Shown here: one piece after another, positions 48,526 to 61,535 of the stretch
How positions within the stretch are numbered: the stretch's first letter is position 1
Layout: each line of letters opens with the position of its first letter
Origin: Squalus acanthias
Taxonomy: Eukaryota
Direction of reading: 5' to 3'
NCBI GenBank assembly: GCA_030390025.1
Contig: CM059432.1
Coordinates: forward strand, 126,978,001 to 127,042,000
DNA: 64,000 bases
Notes under the pieces: generated by a model
Told to the model about the DNA's origin: nothing
The model's input: the letters and a program-made list of their open reading frames with translations, nothing else
The model's database searches: none
Program-made: the position numbers and the translations under genes

Positions 48526-48937
48526 GCACTCTTGAGACAAACAAAATATTTGAAAAAAAGCACACGGTAATGAAGTCTGATTAGAATTTCCAAGTGCAAG
48601 GAAACCTGATCAGGACTTTTTGGTCTTTTTCCCCCCTTGCATGTCTGTACTTGTACGTGATGTGAAATGTTCCGTTTGATTCAGGAGAGTGAGTTGAGAA
48701 AATGTGAGGACTGCTGACAAAGGTTAATGCAACAAAAAAACAGCGGTTGGCTCGCTGGTGGAGGGGGATGGTGGTCACGGAGGGCGCTTCACAGTCTCGT
48801 ACGGCCAAACAAATCTCACTAACTGGTAACCATGGTTAGTATAGGGTTTTAATTTAATTTAGAAGTCCAACAAACACAGGAGTAGGCACATAACCAAATC
48901 TTGGACTGGTATGCCAACTGCAGAGCTTGTCATATAT

Positions 48938-49625
48938 AACATAGAATCATAAAATGGTTACAGCGCAGAAGGAGGCCATTCAGCCCATCGAGCCTGTGCT
49001 GGCTCTCAACAAGAGCACTTCAGCTAGTCCCACTGCCCCTCCTTTTCCCTGTAGCCCTGCAAATTCTTTTCCTTCAGGTATTTAGCCAATTCTCTTTTGA
49101 AAGCCACAATTGAGACTGCCTCCACCATCCTTTCAGGCAGTGCATTCCAGATCCTAACCACTCGCTTGCTAAAAAAAGTTTTTCCTCATGTCGCCTTTGG
49201 TTCTTCTGCCAATCACTTGAAATCTGTGTCCTCTGGTTCTTGACCCTTCCGCCAATGGGAACAGTTTCTCTCTATCTACTCTGTCTAGACCCCTCATGAT
49301 TTTGAACATCTCTATCAAATCTCCTCTCAACCTTCTCTGCTCTAAGGAGAACAACCCTAGCTTCTCCAGTCTATCCACAAAACTGAAGTCCCTCATCCCT
49401 GGAACCATTCTTGTAAATCTTTTCTGCACCCTCTCGAAGGCCTTCACATCCTTCCTAAAGTGCGGTGCCCAGAATTGGACACAATACTCCAGTTGAGGTC
49501 GGACCAGTGTTTTATAAAGATTCATCTTAACTTTCTTGCTTTTGTACTCTATGCCTCTATTTAAGAAGCCCAGGATCCCGTATGCTTTTTTAACCGCTTT
49601 CTCAACCTGCTCTGCCACCTTCAAC
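48938..49625 (-). mobile_element. CR1 3' fragment
   Basis: [32 protein letters not shown] and 3' tail. Confidence 0.85.
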
Positions 49626-50110
49626 ATTAACAAGTCTAAAGAAAGATTTGGGATTAGAAGGTTGTTTCCCAACAGAGCTGCTGATATATGGAATATATTT
49701 CCAGTTAAAGTAGTTTTAAAAAACTTGGATGAATGCGTCATTCAAAATGAGATTCAAGGTTAATAAGCATAACTACAGATACAGGCGATAAAAGACTAGG
49801 TGGGACGCTCCCTAATGGCTCAGCTGGTTTCTGGATATGATCATCGGCCTATGCTGAAATGGTTTATCTCAGCCGAGACAGTGGGCAGGGGAATACAATT
49901 CATCTCAGTGCTCTAAGGCATGGAGTGAAAAATCAGCTTGGGTTACCACTTCTGACTGATATCCAACAAACCCAGCTGAAAGTTTGCATCTGTGAATGTT
50001 GGGAGATAACTGAATTTGGGCTTTCTGTAATGCCCTTACAGTTGAATAGCCACCCAATGCTCCCTGTCAAGGCTCACGTAATAATGGAGCAGGTATTAGA
50101 GGGTGGCTGA

Positions 50111-52456
50111 TGGCAATGGGACTGAACTGGCCATGGAGGGATTTGAAAACAAGGATGAGAATTTTAAAACTGAGGCGTTGCTTAACCGGGAGCCAATGTA
50201 GGTCAGCGAGCACAGGGGGGATGGGTGAACGGGACTTGGTGCGAGTTAGGACACGGGCAGCAGAGTTCTGGATGACCTCAAGTTTATGGAGGGTAGAACA
50301 TGGGAGGCCGGCCAGGACTGCGTTGGAATAGTCAAGTCTAGAGGTAACAAAGGCATGATTAGGGTTTCAGCAGCAGATGAGCTGAGGCAGGGGCGGAGTC
50401 GAGCAATGTTCCGGAGATGGAAATAGGCGGTCTTAGTGATAAGAACATAAGAACATAAGAAGTAGGAGCAGGAGTAGGCCATACGACCCTTCGGGCCTGC
50501 TCCGCCATTCAATAGGATCATGGCTGATCCGAACCTAGACTCATGTCCACTTCCCTGCCCGCTCCCCATAACCCTTAATTCCCTTATAAGCTAGGAAACT
50601 GTCTATCTCCGTTTTATGGTTGGAAGCTCATCTCAGGGTCAAATATGACACCAAGATTGCTAACAGTCTAGTTCAGCCTCAGACAGTTGCCAGGGAGAGG
50701 GATGGAGTCAGTGGCTAGGGAATGGAGTTTTTGGCGGGGACCAAAGACAATGGGGGGAAAATTTGGTTGGTTTGCGCCTCCCGTTAGCGCCTTAAGAGGG
50801 CGCTAATGGGACGCAAAGCAACTAGTGCCCGTGTGCGGCAATATTTGCGCCGCTCACGAAATTAACTAGACATTTTGCGGCGGCGCTAAACACTACCGCC
50901 ACGATCTCCTGCGCCGGCAGATCGTGACGTCAGTCGAGAGTGCAACACCCCGGTAGCGCCCCGGACCGGATATTGAGTGGCGCCCCCTGTCTTACCGCCT
51001 GCCGCTAGCAACAACAGGTTGAGGGGAGCGTTTTGCAGTCGGGAAGGGACTGGAGGAGCGCTATTTAAAGAGACCGCTTCCTGCCTTTTTTTGTCGGCGA
51101 AATCTTTGCACCACGCATTCTGAGTGAGAGAGAGAGACTGCATGAGATACTCAAAGCTGTGTTGAGGAGTTTTGGGTACTGAGCAGCACTTTGCAGGTTC
51201 TTTCTGATTTGATCTTGCATCGATTTAGAAGAGACTATGGGGGCTGCACTCTGAGCTCTTTCCCTGGGCCTCTCCATTGTTCTTTCCAACAGATTTGATG
51301 TACAGGTCACTCCAGGCCGAGATTCAAGGCTGCAATGAGCAGGGTGTGGATGGAGAGCAAGATCGACCCTCTCCTTTAAGAAGTGGCCGGGCCATTGTGT
51401 CTGTGTTCCATTGCTGACTGACATCACATGAGCTTCGCCAGCGCTCTGAGGTAGCGCCTCGCTCCTCGGCCTTTGCGCCTTAAGACAGGTGTGCAGTGCC
51501 TGATTTAGCGCTCCAATCACCTCCAGGGGTTATAAAAGCCAAGTTTGCAGTCAGAGGCGATAATTAGCGCCAGGCGCTAAACTTTGTGCCCGGCCGATAA
51601 TTGCGCCCCAAATGGGGCGATACTGAATTTCTCCCCCAATGACTTTGGTCTGCCCAATATTTAGTTGGAGGAAATTTCTGCTCATCCAGTACTGGATGTC
51701 GGACAAGCAGTCTGACAATTTGGAGACAGTGAAGGGATCGAGAGAGGTGGTGGTGAGGTAGAGCTGGGTGTCGTCAGCGTACATGTGGAAACTGGCGCTG
51801 TGTTTTCGGATGATGTTGCCGAGGGGCAGCATGTAGATGAGAAATAGAAGGGGGCCAAGGATAGATCCTTGGGGGACCCCAGAGGTAACAATGCAGGAGT
51901 GGGAAGAGAAGCTATTACAGGTGAATCTCTGGCTACAATTAGATAGATAAGAATGGAACCAGGTGAGTGCAGTCCTACCCAACTGGACGATGGTGGAGAG
52001 GCGTTGGAGGAGGATGGAGTGGTCAACCGTGTCAAAGGCTGCGGACAGGTCGAGAAGGACGAGGAGGGATAGTTTACCATGGTCACAGTCACATAGGATG
52101 TCATTTGTGACTTTGATAAGTTAGGTACTGTGGCAAGGGTGGAAGCCTGATTGGAGGGTTTCAAACATGGAGTTCCGGGAAAGATGGGCACCAATTTGGG
52201 AGGTGACAATATGTTCAAGGACTTTGGAGAGGAAAGGGGAGTTGGAGATGGGGCGGTAGTTTCAAAGGATAGAGGTGTCAAGGGTTGTTTTTTTGAGGAG
52301 AGGGGTGATTATGGCAGATTTGAAGGAGAGGGGTACAGTACCAGAGGAGAGAGAACTGTTAACAATATCAGCTAACATGGGAGCCAGGAAGGGAAGTTGG
52401 GTGGTCTGCAGTTTAGTGGGAATAGGGTCGAGGGAGCAGGAAGTGGGTCTCATGGA
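50111..52456 (-). mobile_element. L2-type LINE fragment (RT), interrupted by a CR1 tail (about 50441-50610) and a MITE
   Basis: SCSLDPIPT, GVPQGSILGPLLFLIYMLPLG..HMYADDTQLY..WMSRNFLQLNIG. Confidence 0.85.
50752..51637. mobile_element. Harbinger-derived MITE, copy 2, TSD AAT
   Basis: GGGGGGAAAATT...AATTTCTCCCCC, with AAT at 50749-50751 and 51638-51640. The L2 reads through (ACAAT|GACTT) when it is removed. Confidence 0.9.
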
Positions 52457-53000
52457 CATTCCCAGTATAAACCATCTTAGTTATCAAGATAGGCTAAAAG
52501 CGCTGGGACTCTACACTTTAGAGAAGCGTAGACTTGGGGGTGATCTGATTGAGGTTTATAAGATAATGAAGAGAATAGATTAGGGGGTCACAATTTTAAG
52601 TTGTGTAAGGTCGGATCTCGGTTAGATGTCAGGAGGTGGTTCTTTTCCCAGAGAATAGTGGACCTCTGGAACAGGCTGCCATCTCGTGCGGTGGACGTCG
52701 ATTCGCTGAATTACTTCAAGCGAGAGCTGGACCTGGTTCTGGCTGGGGCGGACATCACCTCTTACAGAAGGTAGGTACCGCAGGGAATTCAGAACCAGAG
52801 TGATCTCCTGGACTAGATTCAATCGCTTAGATGGATCGGAGAGGAATTTCCCAGATTTTTCCCCCTAATTGGCCTGGGTTTTTAGCGATTTTTTCGCACA
52901 TGGTTTTGGGTGGCGTGAAAGGTATCACAATTGTGTGGGACAGGCTGGATGGACCAGAGGGCCTTCACCTGTCCGTCATTGTTCCTTTGTTCGTAATACA
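52457..53000 (+). mobile_element. CR1 3' fragment
   Basis: LSYQDRLKALGLYTLEKRRLGGDLIEVYKI. Confidence 0.7.
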
Positions 53001-53639
53001 GGAGATGAATAAGTTGAGAGGGACACAAAGTGGCCATGAAGAATATGCTTACTTTTCATCTGGCTTGTAAGTGGGAAGAAAATGGTGAATGTATGGTAAT
53101 ATTCAGAAATAGTTCTGGATGTGCTCAGGCAGGGAATTCTAGACCATGGGGTCTGAACAGCTGAAGGCATGGCTGCTAATGGTGGGGAAAGGGAGGGGTG
53201 AAGCATAGAAGGCCTGAATCAGAGGAACAGAGAGTTGGAGGGTGGCGGGGGTGGAGGGTTGGGGTGGAGTTTTTAGGGCTGGATGAGGTTACATAGATGG
53301 AGGGGGATGTGAAGCGATTTAAACATGAGGATGAGAATTTTAAATTGGAGGCTTGGGGGACTGGGAGCTAATGTAAGTCAGCAAGGATAAAAATGATAGG
53401 TGAGCAGGACTTGGTATGGTGATGAAAGGACAAAAACACGAGGTTATTAGCAGTGCTTAAACTGGACGTTGCCAAAGAGCAGCAAAAGCATGAGGAGGGA
53501 AGGGAATGTCAGAAACATGAGGAGGAGGAAAAGGAACATCAATGATAACATGTGAAGGCGCTCCACAGTTTGCAATGAAGGAAAATTAGCAGCACCAATG
53601 AGCACTTGAACTGGCAGAATCAGGCTTAATGATAGCGAG

Positions 53640-55297
53640 TCCAGTAAGTGAGGCCTCCACCTGAGATCCCCAACATCACAGAAGCCAGTCTTCAACCAAT
53701 TCGATTCACTTCACGTGATATCAAGAAACGGCTGAGCGCACTGGATACAGCAAAGGCTATGGGCCCCGACAGCATCCTGGCTGCAGTGCTGAAGACTTGT
53801 GCTCCAGAACTAGCCGCGCCTCTATCCAAGCTATTTCAGTACAGCTACAACACTGGCATCTAGCTGATTAAGTGGAAAATTGCCCAGGTATGTCCTGTCC
53901 ACAAAAAGGAGGACAAATCCAACCCGGCCAATTACCGCCCAATCAGCCTACTCTTAATCTTCAGTAATGTGATGGAGGAGGTCGTTGACAGTGCTATCAA
54001 GTGGCAATTACTCACCAATAACCTGCACACCGATGCTCAGTTTGGGTTCCACCAGGACCATTTGGCTCCAGACCTCATTATAGCCTTGGTCCAAACATGG
54101 ACAAAAGAGCTGAATTCCAGAGGTGAGGTGAAAGTCACTGCCCTTGACATCAAGGTACCATTTGACGGAGTGTGGAATTAATCAGCCCTAGCAAAATTGA
54201 AGTCAATGGGAATCAGGGGGAAAACTCTCTACTGGCTGGAGTCATATCTAGCACAAAGGAAAATGGTTGTGGTGGTTGAAGGTCAAACATCACAGCCCCA
54301 GGACATCGCTGCAGGAGTTCCTCAGGGCAGTGTCCAAGGCCAAACCATCTTCAGCTGCTTCATCAATGACCTTCCCTCCAACATAAGGTCAGAAATGGGG
54401 ATGTTCGCTGATGACTGCACAGTGTTCAGCGCCATTCACAATTCCACACCTAATGAAGCAGTCCATGCCTACCCGCAGTAAGAACTGGTCAACGTGCAGG
54501 CTTGGGCTGATAAGTGACAAGTAACATTCGCGCCACACAAGTGTCAGGCAATGACCACCTCCAACAAGAGAGAATCTAATCACCTCCCCTTGACATTCAA
54601 TGGCATTACCATCGTCGAATCCCCATCATCAGCATCCTGGGTGTTACCATTGACCAGAAACTTAACTGGACCAGCCACATAAATACTGTGGCTACAAGAA
54701 CAGGTCAGAAGCTGGTTATTCGGTGGTGAGTGACTCACCTCCTGACTCCCTAAAGCCTTTCCACCATCTACAAGGCACAAGTCAGGAGTGTGATGGAATA
54801 CTCTCCACTTGCCTGGATGAGTGCAGCTCCAACAACACTCAAGAAGCTCGACACCATCCAGGACAAAGCAGCCGGATTGACTGGCACTCCATCCACTACC
54901 TTAAACATTCACTGTCTCCACCACCGGCGTACAGTGGCTGCAGTGTGTACCATCTACAAGATGCACTGCAGCAACTTGCCAAGGCTTCTTCGACAGCACC
55001 TCCCCAACCCACGACCTCTACCACCTAAAAGGACAAGGGCAGCAGGCGCATGGGAACACCACCAAGTTCCCCTCCCAAGTCACACACCATCCTGACTTGG
55101 AAATATATCGCTGTTCCTTCATCGTCGCTGGGTCAAAATCCTGGAACTCCCTCCCTAACAGCACTGTGGGGGTACCTTCACCACACAGACTGCAGTGGTT
55201 CAAGAAGGCGGCTCACCACCACCTTCTCAAGGGCAATTAGGGATGGGCAATAAATGCTGGCCTTGCCAGCGATGCCCACATCCCAGAAATGAAAAAA
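53640..55297 (+). mobile_element. CR1/L2-group LINE, 3' 1.65 kb (RT), degraded
   Basis: KAMGPD, NYRPISL, GVPQGSVQG..MFADD, and a 3' end with AATAAA and an A-tail. Confidence 0.85.
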
Positions 55298-55299
55298 AG

Positions 55300-57290
55300 G
55301 TCTCCAGTTGCTCCGGCTAATAACTTGGTCGGAATAAATTTACTAAATCCAATTTTATACCAAATTTTAAAGATGGGGACAACATAAATAGATTCTTAAG
55401 GGTGTTTGGAATTATTGGCAACCCACCATAAACTGGACAAAGAAGTTTAGACAATGTGGACTATGAAACAGTAAAGCAAGCATTTCTCACTGTTTATAAC
55501 TTGATCCCTGAAGCATACTGGCAGAAGTGTAGAGAGTCGCAGAAAGCTCTGTACGATATTTATAGAAATCTGGCAACTTAGCTGGAGGATATTTGAAAGT
55601 TGTAGTTCGAAGGGGAAAATGTAACGCGTTGTACCAAATTAAGTCAATAAATGTTAAGAAATCATTTACTGTAGTTGTTCTGAAGATTTAAGGCTGCAGT
55701 TGCTTGACCAGGAGTGCTCAACCCTGAATCAGTTGGCCCAATGGGCCAATCATTTTGTGGCTTCATGAGTGCAGGGAAACGGCTGAGCAGTGGGAAGACA
55801 GGTTCCCATGCTGACCAACTGGCAGGCAACACATTGAGTCAAGTGATTAGCCTGGCACATTGTGAATGTGCATTGGTATGGCCAAGCAGATCACATAGAC
55901 ACAATGTTAAGCAACTTAAATGTTTTAAGTGCAATAAGGTGGGACCGGAAACAGCGAATCTGGATGACTGTCTGCAGCACTGTCAGGAAGGCAGAATGCG
56001 ATATGCAAAATGAAACTGCTGTGTATCTCTAGGTGCAGAGAATATGGTATAATTTGTATGATCACGAGGAATGTGTGCAAACTAAAAACATGTGGAGGAT
56101 AACATTGGTCTTCAGCAGTAGCACAAAACGAGTGCTCGCTGACCTACATTGGCTCTCGGTTAAGCAATGCCTCAATTGTAAAATTTTCATCCTTGTTTTC
56201 AAATCCCTCCATGGCCTCGCCCCTCCCTATCTCTGTAACCTCCTTCAGCCCTATACCCTCCGAGAACTCTGCGCTTCTCTAATTCTGGCCTCTTGCGCAT
56301 CCCTGATCATAATCGCTCCACCATTGGTGGCCGTGCCTTCAGCTGCTTAGGCCCTAAGCTCTAGAATTCCCTCCCTAAAGCTCTCCGCCTCTCTACCTCT
56401 CTCCCCACCTTTAAGACGCTCCTTAAAACCTACCTCTTTGAGCAAGCTTTTGGTCAACTGTCCTAATATCTCCATATTACTACCTTAAAGGCGATATATA
56501 AATACGGCAGCCTGTGGCATGGAAAACTGGCAAAGTGCAGCAAGCTCCAGCGGCCCAGCAGCCTATTAGAAGAAAAAAACAGGTCAACACCAAGGGTACA
56601 GACCACCGCACCAGCACAGTGATCCTACAGTACAACGGCATCTGATGTGGAACCATCAGTATATAAAGGGCAGGATTGTCTGCATTCATGTGTTTTTTGC
56701 TGGGGTGGGGGGACGACAACAGAAGTACCCCTAGTTACGGTATTACTGGAATATCATTTATGGATGGGTGTAAAAGAAGTACTGTAGTAGTTTCAGCATA
56801 AGGGGGGTATGGCCAGATGACTCAATAAGAAGGAAGCTAGGTCTGGAAAGGGAACCCATCCTATGCTATACACAGTGCAGTCAGCTATGGTGGCTGCTGA
56901 TGACATTGTATAAGAGCAGATGCTTCACTCACCTTGGAAGCGTAAGGTGGTCAGTCTGTTCATAGTCAGTAGAACTGCTGATTTAATAACAAAGGCATGT
57001 GGAGTGGCATCAAGCTACCAACAGAGCATCACTCAGTTCTGACAAAAGATCATCAACCTGAAACGTTAACTCTGTTTCTCCCTCCACAGATGCTGCCTGA
57101 CCTGCTGAGTATTCCCAGCATTTTCTGTTTTTATCACTCAGTATATGGCTGTCTGGAGCAGCTTGGTTATAGAGAGCCGAACATAGCTGGGTAGGGTTCA
57201 GCCTGCTTCTTCTCCACATAGGATTGCCTGGAAATGGACCTCACAGTATATTCAGAGCCTACAGGATCATTTAATTTGGGTAACATGCTA
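55300..57290 (+). mobile_element. Highly decayed Gypsy-like (SCAN-type gag) LTR-retrotransposon relic with nested L2 tail (56128-56470) and Penelope pLTR (57035-57135)
   Basis: YNLIPEAYWQKCRE at about 55495 resembles the PEAYRQKFR gag/SCAN motif; LKCFKCNKVG resembles a partial Zn knuckle. Confidence 0.4.
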
Positions 57291-57319
57291 TCAGTTACTG
57301 GAATCTGTTATTCGATAAT

Positions 57320-57710
57320 GTGCTGCACAAGAGGTTGTTACCCAAGATTAGGGCTCATGGGACTGGGGGTAATATATTAGCATGGACAGAAAACAGAGAG
57401 CAGGAATAAACGATAATGTTCGGGTTGGCAGGTCGTGACTAGTGGAGTGCCGCAAGAATCAGTGCTTGGACCTCAGCTATTCACAATGACTTCGATGAAG
57501 GGACCAAGTGTAATGTATCCAAGTTTGCTGACGATACAAATCTACGTGTGAAAAGTAAGCTGTGAGGAGGACACAAAGAGACTGCAAAGGAATATAGACA
57601 GGTTAAATGAGCGTCAAGAAGGTGGCAGATGGAGTATAATGTGGAGAAATGTGAAATTATCCACGTTGGTAGGAAGAATAGAAAAGCAGAATATCTTTTA
57701 AAAGATGAGA
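57320..57710 (+). mobile_element. CR1 RT fragment
   Basis: SGVPQESVLG..KFADDT..MEYNVEKCEIIH. Confidence 0.75.
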
Positions 57711-57830
57711 GGCCATTCAATAAGATCATGGCTGATCTTCTACCTCAACTCCACTTTCCTGCACTATCCCCATATCCCTTGATTCCCTTAATATTCAAAA
57801 ATCTATCGAACTCTGCCTTAAATATACTCA

Positions 57831-58114
57831 TGATGCGGAGATGCCGGCGTTGGACTGGGGTGGACAAAAATGAGAAGTCGCACAACACCAGGTTGTAGTC
57901 CAACAGATTTATTTAAAATTACAAGCTTTCGGAGCTATCGATCGCCCCTTCTTCAGGTAAAGTTACTATGAGTGAATCTACAAAAGTTCACAGAATTTAA
58001 ACACAGAAAAAGCAGAGATACAATCTTTCCTTACATCAAAGACACACCAAGAGCACAGCCAAGACAATGAGATGTGTCCCAGGGGGTCCAACGTGTCAAA
58101 TCCTGCTGTCTGCA
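57831..58114 (-). mobile_element. Solo Penelope pLTR (family A), 12-bp TSD, with hammerhead-like motif
   Basis: TAAATATACTCA at 57819-57830 and 58115-58126; matches 30975-31270 and 543-690. Confidence 0.85.
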
Positions 58115-59985
58115 TAAATATACTCAACGACTGAGCCTCCACAGCCCTCTGGGGTAGAGAATTCCAAAGATTCACCACCATCCGAGTGAAGAAATTTTTC
58201 CTCATCTCAGTCCTAAATGGCCGACCACTTATTCTGAGACTGTGACCCTTGGTTCTAGACTCCCCAGCCAGGGAAACAACCTCCTTGCATCTACTCTGTC
58301 AAGCCCTGTAAGAATTTTGTATGTTTCAATGAGATTACCTATCATTCTTCTAAACTCTAATGAATATAGGCCTAGTCTACTCAATCTCTCCTTATAGGAC
58401 AATCCCCCCATCCCAGGAGTCTGGTGAACCTTCGTTGCACTCCATATGGCAAGTATATCCTTCCTTAGGTAAGGAGACAAAAACTGTACACAATACTACA
58501 GGTGTGGTCTCACCAAGGCCCTAGATAATTGTAGTAAGCCGTCTTTACTATTATACTCAAATCCTTTTGTAATAAAGGCCAACATACCATTTGCTTTCCT
58601 AATTGCTTGCTGTACCTGCATATTAACACCCAGGTCCCTCTGAACACCAACATTTCCCAATCTCTCACCATTTAAAAAATACTCTGCTTTTCTATTTTTC
58701 CTACCAAAGTGGATAACTTCACATTTCTCCACATTATATTCCATTTGCCATGTTCTTGCCCACTCGCTTAACCTGTCTATATCCCCTTGCAGCCTCTTTG
58801 CATCCTACTCACAACTTACATCAGCAAACTTGGATATATTACATTTGGTCCCCTCATCCAAATCATTGATAGAGATTGTAAATAGCTGAGGCCCAAGCAC
58901 TGATCCTTGTGGTACCCCACTAGTTACAGCCTACCAACCCGAAAATGACTCGTTTATTCCTACTCTCTGTTTTCTGTCCGCTAACCAATCCTCAATCCAT
59001 GCAAATATATTACCCCCAATTCCATGAGCCCTAATTTTGTTTAATAACCTCTTGTGTGGCACCTTATCGAATGCCTTTTGAAAATCCAAATACACTGCAT
59101 CAACTGGTTCCCCCTTATCTAATCTGCTAGTTACAACCTCAAAAAACTCTCACAGATTTGTCAAACATGATTTCCCTTTCATAAATGCGTGTTGACTCTG
59201 CCCAATCCTATTATTACTTTCTAAGTGTCCTGTTACCACCTCCTTAATAACAGATTCTAGCATTTTCCCTACTACTGATGTCAGGCTAACTGGTCTATAG
59301 TTCCCTGTTTTCTCTCTCCCTCCTTTCTTAAATAGTGGGGTTACATTTGTTACCTTCCAATCCACGGGAACCGTTCCAGAATCTATGGAATTTTGGAAGA
59401 TAACAACTGATGCATCCACTATCTCTATAGCCATCTCTTTTAAAACCCTAGGATGTAGGCCATCAGGTCCAGGGGATTTATTGGCTTTCAATCCCATTAA
59501 TTTCTTCAGTACTATTTCCTTACTAACACTAATTTCTTTCAGTTCCTCAGTCTCACCAGACCCTTGGTTCTCCACTATTTCCAGAATGTTTTTTGCGTCT
59601 TCTTCCATGAAGACAGACACAAAGTATTTGCTTAATTTCTCTGCCATTTCCTTATTCCCCATTATAAGTTCTCCTGTCTCAGCCTGTAAGGGACCCACAT
59701 TTACTTTCACTAATCTTTTCCTTTTTTCATACGTATAGAAGCTTTTACAATCTTTTTTTATGTCTCTCGCTAGTTTACTCTCATATTCTATTTTCTGTTT
59801 ATTTATCAATTTCTTGGTCCTCCTTTGCTGAATTCTGAAATCCTCCCAATCCTCAGGCTTACTACTCTTTTTGGCAACATTATAGGCCTCTTCCTTTAAT
59901 CTAATACTATCTTTAATTGCTCTTGTTAGCCACGGGTGGACCATTTTTCCCGTGGTGTTTTTATTCCTTAAGGGAATGTATATTC

Positions 59986-61535
59986 ATAAGAACATAAGAA
60001 ATAGGAGCAGGAGTAGGCCATTTGGCCCTTCGAACCTGCTCCACCATTCAACAAGATCATGGCTTATCTTCTACCTCAACTCCACCTTCCCACACTATCC
60101 CCATATCCCTTAATTCCCTTCGTTCCCAAAATTTTTTCGACCTCTGTCTTGAATATACTCAACGACTGAGCATCCACAGCCCTCTGGGGTAGAGAATTCC
60201 AAAGATTCACAACCTTTTGAGTGAAGAAATTTCTCCTCATCTCAGTCCTAAATGGCCTACCCCTTATTCTGTGACCCCGTGTTTTAGATTCCCCAGCCAG
60301 GGGAAACATTTTCTCAGCATTAACCCTGTCAAGCCCTGTAGAATTTTATACGTTTCAATTAGATCACCTCTCATTCTTCTAAACTCTAGGCCCAGTCTAC
60401 TCAATCTTTCCTCATAGGGCAATCCTCTCATCCCAGGAACCAGTCTAGTGAACCTTTGCTGCACTCCCTCTAAGGTAAGTATGTCTTTCCTTAGATAAGG
60501 AGACCAGAACTGTACACAGTACTCCAGGTGTGGCCTCACCAATGCCCTGTATAATTGTACTAAGACTTGTTTACTCTTATACTCTTATCACTTTGTAACA
60601 AAAGCTAACATACCATTTGCTTTCCTAATTGCTTGCTGTACCCGCATGTTAACTTTCTGTGATTCATGTACAAGGACACCCAGGTCCCTCTGAGTGCAAA
60701 CATTTCCCAGTCTCTCACCACTCAAAAAATATTCTGCTTTTTTGTTTTTCCTACCAAAGTGGATAACTTCACACTTTCCCACACTGTATTCCATTTGCCA
60801 CTTAGTCAACCTGTCTATATCTCTCTGCAGCCTCTTTGTGTCCTCCTCACAACTTACTTTCCCACCTAACTTTGTATCATCAGCAAACTTGGATACGTTA
60901 CACTCAGTCCCTTCATCTAAGTCATTAATATAGATTATAAATAGCTGAAGCCCAAGCACTGATCCTTGCGGTACCCCACTAGTTACAGCCTGCCAACCTG
61001 AAAAAGTCCCGTTTATTCCTACTCCCTATTTTCTGTCCATTAACCAATCCTCAATCCATGTTAATAGATTACCCCCAATCCCATGAGTCCTAATTTTGTG
61101 TAATAACCTCTTGTGTGGCACCTTGTTGAATGCTTTTTTGAAAATCCAAATACATTATATCCACTGGTTCCCCCTTATCCATCCTACTAGTTACATCTTC
61201 AAAAAACTCTAACAGATTTGTCAAACATGATTTCCCTTTCATAAAACCATGTTGACTCTGCCTAATCATATTATGATTTTCTAGGTGCCCTGTTACCACG
61301 TCCCAAATAATAGATTCTAGCATTTTGCCTACTACTGATGTCAGGCTAACTGGCCTATAGTTCCCTGTTTTTTTTCTTTCTCCTTTCTTAAATAGCGGGT
61401 TATGTTTGCTACCTTCCAATCCTTGGGGACTGTTCTAGAATCTAGGGAATTCTGGAAGATTAATACCAGTGCATCCACTATCTCTGCAACTACCTCAGGT
61501 CCAGGGGATTTGTCACCACTTCGTCCCATTAATTT
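59986..61535 (-). mobile_element. 5'-truncated CR1 nested in another CR1
   Basis: It has its own ATAAGAAC tail at 59986 and RT ORFs at 60076-61529; the host LINE resumes at GTTGCGAATTATG. Confidence 0.8.

Noticed and set aside
49808..50110. Possible ancient tRNA-derived SINE (also 40620-40970 and 27190-27450)
   Set aside because: Too degenerate to assign without a library search.
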